64,000 nucleotides of DNA, from IMG/VR virus record IMGVR_UViG_3300046839_000055, positions 94,224 to 158,223 of that record; one strand, written 5' to 3'. Of this stretch, positions 26,017 through 35,787 are shown in pieces (position 1 is the first letter of the stretch; each line of letters opens with the position of its first letter). Source of the DNA: a virus. Lineage: Duplodnaviria; Caudoviricetes. The position numbers and the translations under genes are program-made. Under the pieces are notes generated by a model. That model saw only the letters and a program-made list of their open reading frames with translations, made no database searches and was not told the origin of the DNA.

Positions 26017-26214
26017 ATGAAGGACATTATGGAAATCATCCTCTACATCATCATGGCAGTCGGCGGCATCGCAGGAATCGGACTCCTGCTCTCCATGACG
26101 GTTCTCGCGATCCGCTCCGGCAAGGAGGAGCAGGCGCGTGAGGCTCGTCAGGAGGAGCGCGACAAGGAGTACCACGAGCGCCGCATGAAGGAGCTCGAAG
26201 CGCACCGCGACTGA
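26017..26214 (+). CDS. Small single-pass membrane protein
   Basis: RBS AAGGAGGT; N-terminal hydrophobic helix, charged tail. Confidence 0.7.
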   Translation: MKDIMEIILYIIMAVGGIAGIGLLLSMTVLAIRSGKEEQAREARQEERDKEYHERRMKELEAHRD

Positions 26215-26285
26215 TCCAGCAAGACCATAAATGCAATGGCGGGCGGCAGGGACTTATCTCTCTGCCGCCTTATTCGTGAATTGAG

Positions 26286-28283
26286 GTGAAAAATGTGAAA
26301 ACCATCAGCATAGACATTGAGACGTACAGCGATGTCGATCTGGGCAAATGCGGCGTCTACAAGTACTCGGAATCTCCGGCTTTCGAGATTCTCCTGTTCG
26401 GCTACAGCGTGGACGGCGGACCCGTGCAGGTCATCGACCTTGCATCCGGCGAAGACATCCCCGAAGACATTCTCGACGCACTTACAGATGAGACAGTCGT
26501 CAAGTGGGCGTTTAACGCTAACTTCGAGCGCGTCTGCCTGTCACGCTACCTGCGCGACCGGGGACGCAGCCTTGACCCGTTCCATGACAACCATCCACTG
26601 ACATTGGGGCCCGCGCGGTTTCTGAATCCGGAGGGCTGGCGCTGTTCGATGGTCTGGGCGGCGACAATGGGACTCCCGCTCAGCCTGAAGGGCGTCGGCG
26701 CAGTCCTCAAGCTCGAGGACCAGAAGATGGATGAAGGCAAGGCGCTCATCCGCTACTTCTCCGTCCCCTGCGCACCCACCAAGGCGAACGGCGGCAGAAC
26801 GCGCAACCTGCCCTCCGACGATCCCGGCAAATGGGAAACCTTCAAAAAGTACAACCAGCGCGACGTCGAGGTCGAGATGTCAATCCAGCGGAAGCTACGG
26901 AACTTCCCGGTGCCGGACTTCGTGTGGGACGAGTACCACATCGACCAGGAGATCAATGACCGCGGTGTGCGCATCGACATGGACCTTGTGGAGAAGGCCA
27001 TTGATATGGACACCCGCTCCCGCGGCGAGCTCACCGAGAAGATGCAGAAGCTGACCAATCTCGACAATCCGAACAGCGTGCAGCAGATGAAGCAGTGGCT
27101 CTCCGACAACGGCATGGAGGTCGACAGCCTCGGAAAGAAGGCCGTCGCAGCGCTCCTCAAGACCGCGCCGCCGGAGCTGGCCGAGGTTCTGGAGCTTCGT
27201 CAGCAGCTCGCCAAATCATCCGTGAAGAAGTATCAGACGATGCAGCGGGCCGTGTGCGATGACAGCCGGGCTCGCGGCATGTTCATGTTCTACGGAGCAA
27301 ACCGCACCGGGCGCTGGGCCGGACGGCTCATCCAGCTGCAGAACCTGCCGCAGAACCACCTGCCTGACATGGATGCGGCGCGGGCTCTGGTGAAGTCCGG
27401 CGACTACGACGCGGTGAAGCTTCTCTATGAGGATGTGCCTGATACGCTCAGCCAGCTGATCCGCACTGCGTTCATTCCGCGTGACGGCTGCCGGTTCTAT
27501 GTGGCGGACTTCTCCGCCATCGAAGCCCGCGTCATCGCATGGTACGCAGGCGAGCAGTGGAAATCCGACGCGTTCGCGAACGGCGAGGACATCTACTGCA
27601 GCACAGCAAGCCGCATGTTCCATAAGCCGGTCGTCAAGCACGGCGTCAACGGCGAGCTCCGCGCCAAGGGCAAGATCGCGGAACTGGCCTGTGGCTATGG
27701 TGGCTCGACCGGAGCGTTGAAGGCGATGGGCGCACTGGAGATGGGGCTCACGGAGGATGAGCTTCCGGACATTGTCTCCTCGTGGCGGGATGCAAACCAG
27801 CAGATCGTGAAATTCTGGTGGGATGTCGACAAGGCCGTCATGGCCGCCGTCAAGAACCACAAGACCACCCGGCTCGGAAAGCTCGTGTTCTTCTGGCAGG
27901 CGGGCATGCTGTTCATCACCCTGCCGTCCGGACGGAACCTTGCATATGTGAAGCCGAAGGTCGGCATGAACCGTTTCGGCGGCGAGTGCATCACCTATGA
28001 GGGCGTAGGCGGCACGAAGAAATGGGAGCGCCTCGAATCGTACGGTCCGAAGTTCGTGGAGAACATCGTGCAGGCCACCAGCCGTGACATCCTGTGCAAC
28101 AGCATGAAGACGCTCCGCTGCTGTGATATCTGCATGCATATCCATGACGAGCTTGTCATCGAAGCCGATCCACGCGTCTCCCTCGAAGCCCTGTGTGAGC
28201 AGATGGGCCGCGTCCCCGCATGGGCGGATGGTCTCGTGCTTCGTGCGGACGGGTATGCCTGCGATTTCTATAAGAAAGATTAA
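26286..28283 (+). CDS. Phage family A DNA polymerase
   Basis: DIETYS exonuclease motif, RTGRWAG, QLQNLP, ADFSAIEAR (motif A), R..GK..ELA.GYG (motif B), HIHDE (motif C). Confidence 0.95.
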   Translation: MKNVKTISIDIETYSDVDLGKCGVYKYSESPAFEILLFGYSVDGGPVQVIDLASGEDIPEDILDALTDETVVKWAFNANFERVCLSRYLRDRGRSLDPFHDNHPLTLGPARFLNPEGWRCSMVWAATMGLPLSLKGVGAVLKLEDQKMDEGKALIRYFSVPCAPTKANGGRTRNLPSDDPGKWETFKKYNQRDVEVEMSIQRKLRNFPVPDFVWDEYHIDQEINDRGVRIDMDLVEKAIDMDTRSRGELTEKMQKLTNLDNPNSVQQMKQWLSDNGMEVDSLGKKAVAALLKTAPPELAEVLELRQQLAKSSVKKYQTMQRAVCDDSRARGMFMFYGANRTGRWAGRLIQLQNLPQNHLPDMDAARALVKSGDYDAVKLLYEDVPDTLSQLIRTAFIPRDGCRFYVADFSAIEARVIAWYAGEQWKSDAFANGEDIYCSTASRMFHKPVVKHGVNGELRAKGKIAELACGYGGSTGALKAMGALEMGLTEDELPDIVSSWRDANQQIVKFWWDVDKAVMAAVKNHKTTRLGKLVFFWQAGMLFITLPSGRNLAYVKPKVGMNRFGGECITYEGVGGTKKWERLESYGPKFVENIVQATSRDILCNSMKTLRCCDICMHIHDELVIEADPRVSLEALCEQMGRVPAWADGLVLRADGYACDFYKKD

Positions 28284-28289
28284 CCGGTT

Positions 28290-28325
28290 TTCGTCAAAAG
28301 CGGTCCGTCTCCTCCAGTGGGAAGT
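28290..28325 (+). promoter_or_regulatory. Motif A copy 2, overlapping a terminator-like hairpin
   Basis: TTCGTCAAAA-N11-CCTCCAGTGGGAAGT; AAAGCGGTCCGTCTC pairs with GAGGCGGGCCGCTTT. Confidence 0.75.
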
Positions 28326-28379
28326 AGAGGCGGGCCGCTTTGTTTTGTCCGCCTGAATTTTTGAAAGGAGGATACCGGT

Positions 28380-28802
28380 TTGGATTACAGAAACTTTGAG
28401 GGCTATCCGGACCCGACATGCTGCGAGGCCTTGAGCCGCATCGAAATGGCGGAACGCAAGGCGCTCCGCGCGTTCCGGCCCATCATCTACGTCTGCTCGC
28501 CATACGCAGGAGACATCAAACACAACGTGGAGGCCGCACGCCGCTACTGCCGGTTCGCAGTCGAACAGGGATACATTCCGATTGCGCCGCATCTGCTGTT
28601 TCCGCAGTTCCTTGACGACACCGATCCGACTGAGCGTGAGCTCGGATTGTTCTTCGGCAATGCGCTGATGAGCAAGTGTACGGAGGTCTGGGTGTTCGGA
28701 AGACACATTTCTCGCGGCATGGCTGCGGAGATCCGGCGAGCCAGATGGAAAGGCCATCGCCTCCGCTACTTCACGGAGGATCTGAAGGAGGTGTACGACT
28801 GA
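28380..28802 (+). CDS. DUF4406-like (nucleoside deoxyribosyltransferase-fold) phage protein
   Basis: IYVCSPYAGD, PIAPHLLFPQF, C.EVWVFG..IS.GM..E. Confidence 0.75.
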   Translation: MDYRNFEGYPDPTCCEALSRIEMAERKALRAFRPIIYVCSPYAGDIKHNVEAARRYCRFAVEQGYIPIAPHLLFPQFLDDTDPTERELGLFFGNALMSKCTEVWVFGRHISRGMAAEIRRARWKGHRLRYFTEDLKEVYD

Positions 28803-31054
28803 TGTTCACCATCTATACGTCCGACGCCTACCAGCAGGAATCCAACTGCACCTACCCGCACCTAGTCCAGGTCACCGACGAGGCGAGCTTCAGGAAAGCC
28901 GTCTCGCACGACCACGTGTGCGCCAAGTACAGGAACAACTACCGCGGCAACGAGAACTTCATCTCCTCGGACTGCCTGCCGGTCGACTGCGACAACGACC
29001 ACTCAGAGAACCCGGCGGACTGGAAGACGCCAAGGGATATCGAGGCGGCGCTGCCCGGCGTGTTCTTCGCCGTCCACTACAGCCGCCACAACAACCGGCC
29101 CAAGGACGGCAAATCCGCAAGGCCGCGCTTCCACATCTTCTTCCAGATCGACCCGATCTCAAACTACGAAGCGTATGCCGCATTGAAGCAGCTCCTACAC
29201 GACATATTCCCCTACTTGGACGGGAATGCGCTCGACGCGGCACGCTTCCTCTACGGGACAAGGAACCCGGAGGTCGAGTTCCATCCCGGAGGCAAGACGC
29301 TCACGGACTTCCTGTTCGGCGACGAGTTCGACAGGGACATGCCGGGCGGCTACGAGAAGCAGGCCACGATTCCGGAGGGCAGCCGGAACAACACGATGTT
29401 CCACTGGGCAGTACGCTCCATGAAACGCTATGGCGATTCAGAGGAATCCAAGAACGCGTATTTCACGGAAGCGGAGAAATGCCAGCCGCCGCTCTCCACG
29501 GAGGAGCTGAACCACATCTGGAGAAGCGCACAGAAATACTATGCGAAGATCGCAAGCCAGCCCGGCTACGTGAGCCCGCAGGAGTACAACAATCCGGACA
29601 CCGGATGGAGCGAGCCGCTGCCGTTCTCACGGTACACGATGGCGCCCTTCCCGGTCGACGCACTCCCGCAGGCGATAGCCGACTATGTTCGTGCTGTCGC
29701 GGAGAGCACGCAGACCAGCGTCGACATGGCAGGCAGCATTGCAATCAGCGTCCTGTCGACCTGTCTTCAGAAGAAGTACCGGATTCAGGGCAAGTCCGAC
29801 TGGGTGGAGCCGCTCAACACCTACGTGATCGTCATCGCACCGCCGTCCGAGAGGAAGTCGTCGGTATTGCATCTGATGCTGCAGCCGGTCAACGACTACG
29901 AGGTCGAATACAACAAGACCAACGCCGCTGCCGTCGAGGCGGGACGCATGCAGAAGCGCGTGCTGGAGCGCAGGCAGAAGGCCCTCGAGGAGAAGGTCGC
30001 CAAGGGCAACGCCGATCCGGAGGAGCTTGAGCGCATCGCGCAGGAGGTCGCCGACTTCGAGGAAGTGAATCCGCTGCAATTGTATGTGGATGATATTACG
30101 ACCGAGAAGCTCGTCTCCGTCATCGCCAGCAACCACGGCCACGCCTCGCTGATCTCCAGTGAGGGCGGCATCTTCGACACGCTCTCCGGCATCTACACGC
30201 GGAACGTGAACATCGACGTCATGCTCAAGGGCTACTCGGGAGACACGATCCGCGTCGACCGTATCGGGCGTGACAGTGAAAGCATCATGGACCCGGCGCT
30301 CACCATCCTCCTGATGGCGCAGCCGAACGTCGTCTCCGCGGTCCTCAGCAACACGACCTTCCGCGGACGAGGGCTCACCGCGAGGTTCCTCTACAGCATG
30401 CCCGTCTCCAGTGTGGGAAGCAGGCGCTACCGGAGCGAGGCCGTGACCGACAGTATCTACCGCGCCTATGAGCGTCTGGTGGTGAACCTGCTGGACGACG
30501 AGTACCCGGAGAAGCCGCAGACCATCACGCTCAGCCCGGAAGCCGACCGCGAGCTTGAAGCATTCGCCAACTGGCTGGAGCCCAAGCTCACCACCGGCTA
30601 TGCGGAGATGGCCGACTGGGCTGGAAAGCTCGTCGGCAACGTGCTGCGCATCGCCGGGCTCCTCTGCCGGGCAGCCACCTATCAGAGCCACGACTTCCTC
30701 GACGTCCACAGCGCACTCACCGTATCGGGCGAGACCATGCAGAATGCGATCCGGCTTGGCAGGTACTTCCTGAACCACGCGCAGGCCGCCTACTCCGTTC
30801 TTCCCGAGGATGCGATGTACAAGAACGCCGACATGATCCTCCAGAAGCTCAAGGAGCGGAACATCGACCACTTCGACCGGCGTGACGCCATGCGTATGTG
30901 CCGGACCTTCAAGACCGTGGAGAGCATCCAGCCGGTTCTCGACTTCCTTGAGGACTACGGATACATCGCGCAGAGGCCGCAGAAGGCATCCGGGACCGGC
31001 AGACCGCCGCTTCCCAAGTATGCCGTCAATCCGTGGCTGAAGGAGCACAAGTGA
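28802..31054 (+). CDS. Primase (AEP-like + PriCT) fused to DUF3987/YfjI-type helicase domain
   Basis: DCDNDH, SRH...RPRFH, IPEGSRNNT...CQPPL..EL..IW.SA; FPVDALP, APPSERKSS, VDRIGR, RGLTARFL. Confidence 0.82.
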   Translation: MFTIYTSDAYQQESNCTYPHLVQVTDEASFRKAVSHDHVCAKYRNNYRGNENFISSDCLPVDCDNDHSENPADWKTPRDIEAALPGVFFAVHYSRHNNRPKDGKSARPRFHIFFQIDPISNYEAYAALKQLLHDIFPYLDGNALDAARFLYGTRNPEVEFHPGGKTLTDFLFGDEFDRDMPGGYEKQATIPEGSRNNTMFHWAVRSMKRYGDSEESKNAYFTEAEKCQPPLSTEELNHIWRSAQKYYAKIASQPGYVSPQEYNNPDTGWSEPLPFSRYTMAPFPVDALPQAIADYVRAVAESTQTSVDMAGSIAISVLSTCLQKKYRIQGKSDWVEPLNTYVIVIAPPSERKSSVLHLMLQPVNDYEVEYNKTNAAAVEAGRMQKRVLERRQKALEEKVAKGNADPEELERIAQEVADFEEVNPLQLYVDDITTEKLVSVIASNHGHASLISSEGGIFDTLSGIYTRNVNIDVMLKGYSGDTIRVDRIGRDSESIMDPALTILLMAQPNVVSAVLSNTTFRGRGLTARFLYSMPVSSVGSRRYRSEAVTDSIYRAYERLVVNLLDDEYPEKPQTITLSPEADRELEAFANWLEPKLTTGYAEMADWAGKLVGNVLRIAGLLCRAATYQSHDFLDVHSALTVSGETMQNAIRLGRYFLNHAQAAYSVLPEDAMYKNADMILQKLKERNIDHFDRRDAMRMCRTFKTVESIQPVLDFLEDYGYIAQRPQKASGTGRPPLPKYAVNPWLKEHK

Positions 31055-31350
31055 GTTTTGTCATTTCGTCCTATGCCTGTCCTGACCTTCAGGACAGGTT
31101 CAGGGACACGAAAACATCAGCATCCATGCGGCTTTCAGGGTTTTGTCCCTTTTGTCCGAACCCCTATAAAAAGCAAAAAAGACTTATTTATTTATTATCA
31201 ATTCTTCTACAAAACCATATGGAAATACGGATAGAGGGACAAAAGCGACAAAAGGGACAAAGCCTCAAAAACGTTGAAAGCACGGAGGTTTTAACACCAT
31301 GAACAATTCAGGACAAGTCTTAGGCATTGACGGCCTAAAGGACAAAAGCT
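31055..31350. repeat. Candidate phage replication origin
   Basis: TTTTGTCC(C) x2 (31141-31157) facing GGGACAAAA/GCGACAAAA/GGGACAAA (31236-31261) around an AT-rich core, directly after the primase. Confidence 0.6.
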
Positions 31351-31856
31351 ATCTCGCCCGCTGCCAGAAGACACTACGCAGCTGGGGAGCACCGTTCTCC
31401 GGATGGACATGCAAGGAGATCTACGACGTACGTGATGACGACTGGAACGCACCGCTCCACGCATGCGAGCTGTGCGGCTGCACCAAGGTCCGCTACGTTC
31501 ACGTCATGACGCACCCGGACTACTTCGAGGATGTATCCGTCGGCTGCATCTGCGCCGGAATCATGGAAGGCGACATCCTCGCCGCCAAGGACCGCGAACG
31601 GCTGATGAGAAACCGCTCCAAGCGGAAACGCAGCTTCCCGAAACGCAAATGGACAAGGACGACAAACGGCTGGAGTCTCACCTACCACGGAGAGCAGATC
31701 CTCATCGGGCGCAGCCGCCACAACCCGGAGCGCCTCGGCGTCAAATACAACGGCCAGTGCGTCTGGACATACAAGGGAAAGCCGATCACCGACTTCCTCT
31801 CCGCAGCCTACGCCGCATTCAACCTGGCCGACCCGGTTCCGGAGGCGAAACCATGA
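31299..31856 (+). CDS. Hypothetical zinc-ribbon phage protein
   Basis: CELCG..VRYVH.M.H...VGCICA; RBS GGAGGT. Confidence 0.7.
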   Translation: MNNSGQVLGIDGLKDKSYLARCQKTLRSWGAPFSGWTCKEIYDVRDDDWNAPLHACELCGCTKVRYVHVMTHPDYFEDVSVGCICAGIMEGDILAAKDRERLMRNRSKRKRSFPKRKWTRTTNGWSLTYHGEQILIGRSRHNPERLGVKYNGQCVWTYKGKPITDFLSAAYAAFNLADPVPEAKP

Positions 31857-32140
31857 GAAGTGAAAAGCAGATCGAGCAGAAACTCGCCAGCGAGGTGAAG
31901 CGCCGCGGCGGCATCGCGCCGAAGTTCGTCTCACCCGGCTTCGACGGGATGCCGGACCGGATCATCCTGCTGCCCGGCGCACGCATCGCCTTCGCAGAGC
32001 TCAAGGCACCCGGAAAGAAGCCAAGAAGACTGCAATATGCACGGCACCGACTCCTGCGGAAACTCGGATTCCGCGTCTATGTCATCGACAATCCAGAACA
32101 GATCGGAGGTGTGATAGATGAAATTGAAAATAGTCTGTGA
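31853..32140 (+). CDS. VRR-NUC domain nuclease
   Basis: EKQIEQKL, KFVSPG..G.PDR, F.ELKAPG, LQ. Confidence 0.9.
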   Translation: MRSEKQIEQKLASEVKRRGGIAPKFVSPGFDGMPDRIILLPGARIAFAELKAPGKKPRRLQYARHRLLRKLGFRVYVIDNPEQIGGVIDEIENSL

Positions 32141-32630
32141 TTGGTGCGGACGTGAATTCTTCCGAGATTCAGCCCAGCTTAAAGGCAAGAAGCACCACTT
32201 CTGCAGCAGACAATGCCTCGCGGATTTCAGCAGCAAAGCGAAGAACCCAGACGGCTATGCCAGCCTCAAGGACTTCACTAACATAAGCCAGCACATAACA
32301 AAGCTAAACGAGGAACTCAACCCGGATCGTATGACGCCTGAGACCAAGGAGAAACTCAGAGAATCCCGCCTCGGAAAAGGCAGATGCGACGGTTATTCCA
32401 AAATCCATGGACTCGCCGCACATCGCGTCGTAGCTGAACAGATGCTTGGAAGGTCATTGATGCCCGGAGAAGTCGTACACCATCGTGACGGAAACCGATA
32501 CAACAATTCTCCCGAGAATCTGGTCGTTTTTCCGTCGCAAAGTGCACACGCTCACCACCACAGCGAATTGAGATGGTTCATCAAGCAGATAAAAGAAATG
32601 GAGGCCGAAGAAAATGCAAAAACTAAGTGA
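32118..32630 (+). CDS. Free-standing HNH endonuclease with N-terminal zinc ribbon
   Basis: CDWCG...FCSRQC; HRVVAE...EVVHHRDGNRYNN.PENL. Confidence 0.85.
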   Translation: MKLKIVCDWCGREFFRDSAQLKGKKHHFCSRQCLADFSSKAKNPDGYASLKDFTNISQHITKLNEELNPDRMTPETKEKLRESRLGKGRCDGYSKIHGLAAHRVVAEQMLGRSLMPGEVVHHRDGNRYNNSPENLVVFPSQSAHAHHHSELRWFIKQIKEMEAEENAKTK

Positions 32631-33963
32631 CCTTCATTCCTACCAGAAATACTGCGTCTCCTATATCGAGACTCACAACACAGCTGCCATCTTCCTTGAT
32701 TGCGGTCTTGGGAAAACCATCATCACGCTGACTGCTGCCGTCGACCTTCTGTTTGACAGCTTCGAGGTCAGCCGGATTCTCGTAGTCGCGCCTCTTCGAG
32801 TGGCCCGCGACACCTGGCCCGCTGAAATCAGGAAATGGGAGCACCTCTCCGGTCTCACCTACGCCGTTGCAGTCGGAACCGCACGGGAACGCAAGGCGGC
32901 ACTCATGCAACAGGCGGATATTACGATCATCAACCGGGAGAACCTTGGATGGCTGATCGACGACTCCGGCATTCCCTTCACCTACGACATGGTGGTATTG
33001 GACGAGCTCTCCTCCTTCAAGAACCACAAGTCAAAGCGGTTCCGCGCCCTGATGAAGGTCAGGCCCAAGGTGAAGCGGATCATCGGCCTCACCGGCACGC
33101 CATCAAGCAACGGATTGATGGATCTGTGGGCGGAGTTCAAGGTGCTGGACAAGGGAGAACGTCTCGGACGCTTCATCACCCAGTACCGGACGGCCTACTT
33201 CATGCCCGACAAGCGTAACGGCGAGATCGTCTACTCCTACAAGCCTTTGCCGCACGCAGAGGACTCCATCTACCGGAGAATCGGCGATATCACGATCAGC
33301 ATGAAGTCCGCCGACCACCTCAAGATGCCGGAGCTCATCTCCACACAATACGAGGTGCAGCTGTCCGCCGACGAGCGCGAACGGTACGAGGAGCTGAAGA
33401 ACGATCTGGTGCTGGAGCTTCGCGGCGACGAAATCACAGCCGCAAACGCTGCAACCCTGACCGGGAAGCTCTCCCAGCTCGCCAATGGAGCCATCTATTC
33501 CGATGACGGCAAGATCATCGAATTCCACGACCGGAAGCTCGACGCATTGGAGGACATCATCGAAGCCGCAAACGGCAAGCCGCTCCTCGTCGCCTACTGG
33601 TTCCGACACGACCTCGAGAGAATCCGCCGACGCTTCAACGTCCGGGAGATCAAGACATCCGCAGACATTGCGGACTGGAATGCCGGGAATATTCCCGTTG
33701 CGGTCATCCATCCTGCTTCTGCCGGGCATGGTCTCAACCTGCAGGCTGGCGGTTCGACACTTGTCTGGTTCGGGCTCACATGGAGCCTCGAGCTCTACCA
33801 GCAGACGAACGCAAGGCTGTGGCGTCAGGGACAGGAAAGCCGGACCGTCGTCATCCAGCACATCATTGCGGCGAACACCATCGACGGGCAGATCCTCGAC
33901 GCGCTGAAGCGCAAGGACAAGACGCAGGCAGCACTGATTGCTGCCGTGAAGGCGGTGATGTGA
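32614..33963 (+). CDS. SNF2-like DEAD/H helicase
   Basis: GLGKT, LDELSSFK, GLTGTP, SAGHGLNLQ, Q.NARLWRQG. Confidence 0.92.
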   Translation: MQKLSDLHSYQKYCVSYIETHNTAAIFLDCGLGKTIITLTAAVDLLFDSFEVSRILVVAPLRVARDTWPAEIRKWEHLSGLTYAVAVGTARERKAALMQQADITIINRENLGWLIDDSGIPFTYDMVVLDELSSFKNHKSKRFRALMKVRPKVKRIIGLTGTPSSNGLMDLWAEFKVLDKGERLGRFITQYRTAYFMPDKRNGEIVYSYKPLPHAEDSIYRRIGDITISMKSADHLKMPELISTQYEVQLSADERERYEELKNDLVLELRGDEITAANAATLTGKLSQLANGAIYSDDGKIIEFHDRKLDALEDIIEAANGKPLLVAYWFRHDLERIRRRFNVREIKTSADIADWNAGNIPVAVIHPASAGHGLNLQAGGSTLVWFGLTWSLELYQQTNARLWRQGQESRTVVIQHIIAANTIDGQILDALKRKDKTQAALIAAVKAVM

Positions 33964-34184
33964 TGGACGAACCCTACGAGGGGCTGGCCAACGCCATCAT
34001 CCTGCAGGCCGTTCGCGACTACCGGACAGCACTCAAGGCCCTGCGCATGAATCCACGGAACAAGGCCGCGCAAACGGAGAAGGAATCCGTCGAACGGTTC
34101 TTCCGGTCCCAGTGGTATCAGGCGCTGACGACGGTTGACGGCGAGATGCTGATAAAAAAGCTCAACGAGGAGGTGATGAGATGA
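33963..34184 (+). CDS. Hypothetical phage protein
   Basis: YE.LANAIILQAV.DYR...E.FFRS.W family between SNF2 and the late activator. Confidence 0.75.
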   Translation: MDEPYEGLANAIILQAVRDYRTALKALRMNPRNKAAQTEKESVERFFRSQWYQALTTVDGEMLIKKLNEEVMR

Positions 34185-34594
34185 CTCCGAAGCAATATCT
34201 GAATCAGGCCAAGCACCTGGATGCGCTGATCCACGCGCGGCTCCGGGAAATCGACTACTGGAGGGAAATGTCCACCAGCGTCAGCGGCATGCGCTACGAC
34301 GGTATGCCGAGGAATCCGAACACGCCAAGCGACGCGCACTTCGTCACATGCCTCCACAAGATCGACGAGATACAGGCCGACGTGGAGAAGAAGGTGGCGC
34401 AGCTCATTACGCTGCGGGACGAGATCAACGCGCGGATCGACCTGCTGGCTGATCCCGAGGAGCAACTGGTTCTCCGCTACCGGTACATCGACAACTGCAC
34501 GTGGGAGGAGATCGCCACCATGCTGAACGTCAGCCTCCGAACGGTTCACCGCATTCACGGATCGGCGCTTCAGAACTTCACGATGCCGGATTAG
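34181..34594 (+). CDS. RinA/ArpU/DUF1492-like late transcriptional activator
   Basis: TPKQYL.Q, VLRYRY....WEEIA..LN.S.R.V.RIH..AL; last early gene. Confidence 0.85.
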   Translation: MTPKQYLNQAKHLDALIHARLREIDYWREMSTSVSGMRYDGMPRNPNTPSDAHFVTCLHKIDEIQADVEKKVAQLITLRDEINARIDLLADPEEQLVLRYRYIDNCTWEEIATMLNVSLRTVHRIHGSALQNFTMPD

Positions 34595-34600
34595 AAAAGT

Positions 34601-34636
34601 TGGCACGGTTTGGCACACTTTGGCACAGAATGGCAG
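34601..34636 (+). promoter_or_regulatory. Phased TGGCAC repeats, candidate late-activator binding site
   Basis: TGGCAC at 34601, 34611, 34621 and TGGCAG at 34631 (exact 10-bp period). Confidence 0.7.
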
Positions 34637-34745
34637 ACGCCTTCTGTGTTATCCTTACAATAGCGAAAACCATAAGAAGAACCAGAAGCCTTGCGAGCAC
34701 CATGCCCGCAGGGCTTTTCTTATGCCCGAAGGGAGGCGGCAGGCC

Positions 34746-35099
34746 ATGCCAATGAAACCGAAGCGGCCCTGCCGCTATCCCGGATGCCCGAACCTCTGCG
34801 AGGACGGCGAACAGTACTGCCCGGAGCACAAGGCTCTGATGGAGAAGCACTACGAGACGTTCACGCGCGGCTACTCGACCGGCAAACGATACGGCAGGCA
34901 TTGGAAACGCATCCGCGACCGCTACGTTCACAAGCATCCCCTGTGCGAGATGTGCCTTAAGCAGGGACGATACGTTGCGGTCGAGGAAGTCCACCACATC
35001 GTTCCCTTGTCGGAAGGTGGCACCAATGACGAGAGCAATCTCATGAGCCTCTGCAGGTCATGTCACGAGAAGATCCACAGGGAACGCGGCGACCGGTAG
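34746..35099 (+). CDS. Packaging-associated HNH endonuclease (HK97 gp74-like)
   Basis: PCRYPGC, HPLCEMC, VHHIVPL..GG....NLMSLC.SCH; precedes terS. Confidence 0.9.
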   Translation: MPMKPKRPCRYPGCPNLCEDGEQYCPEHKALMEKHYETFTRGYSTGKRYGRHWKRIRDRYVHKHPLCEMCLKQGRYVAVEEVHHIVPLSEGGTNDESNLMSLCRSCHEKIHRERGDR

Positions 35100-35190
35100 G
35101 GGCGGTCGGAATCTCTACGAGGCGGCCTCCCGGAAAACGGCGCGGGGCTTTCTGTGCGAAAAAAGCGAAATCAAAAGGGTAATAACCCGC
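35095..35190. other. Probable cos region
   Basis: GC-rich non-coding gap between the HNH gene and terS, the usual cos position in HK97-like phages; exact cut site not determinable. Confidence 0.4.
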
Positions 35191-35235
35191 TCCTTATCTA
35201 TTACGCGCGTAGTGCGCATGAAAGGCGGTGACGAA

Positions 35236-35787
35236 ATGCCAACAAAATCGAATAACACAGGCGGTCGCGGCGGCAGACGTCCCGGCGCTGGCCGGAAGAA
35301 AACCGCCGTCAAAGAGAAGTTCGAGGCCGGGAATCCGGGCGGCAGAAAGCTCGAGGTGCTCGACATCCCGGACACCGAGGGCGAGGACATGCCGGAGCCG
35401 CACGAGTTCCTTTCGGCGCGTCAGCATGACGGCTCCACTCTGGAGGCGGCTGACATCTACCGCGAGACCTGGGAATGGCTCGACAAGCTCGGCGTCGCGA
35501 AAGCCGTATCGCCGCAGCTGCTGGAACGCTACGCGATGTGCTCGGCTCGCTGGATTCAGTGCGAGGAAATGACAACCAAGCTCGGATATTTATCGAAGCA
35601 TCCGACGACTGGCAAGCCGATCCCGTCGCCGTTCATCAATATCGGCATCAACTACATGAATCAGGCGAACCGCCTGTGGGACGAGATCTTCCAGATCGTG
35701 AAGGAGAACTGCTCCGCCGAGTACGGCGGCGCGAATCCGCAGGATGACGTGATGGAGAGATTGCTCCGCGCCCGGAAAGGAATGTAA
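35236..35787 (+). CDS. terS: Terminase small subunit (P27-like)
   Basis: GGRRPGAGRK, GNPGGRKL, HPTTG.PI.SPF, DD.ME.LL. Confidence 0.88.
   Translation: MPTKSNNTGGRGGRRPGAGRKKTAVKEKFEAGNPGGRKLEVLDIPDTEGEDMPEPHEFLSARQHDGSTLEAADIYRETWEWLDKLGVAKAVSPQLLERYAMCSARWIQCEEMTTKLGYLSKHPTTGKPIPSPFINIGINYMNQANRLWDEIFQIVKENCSAEYGGANPQDDVMERLLRARKGM

Noticed and set aside
27216-31048. Long overlapping ORFs 27216..28757, 28918..30030 and 29627..31048
   Set aside because: Alternative-frame products of GC-rich polymerase and primase genes; low-complexity translations
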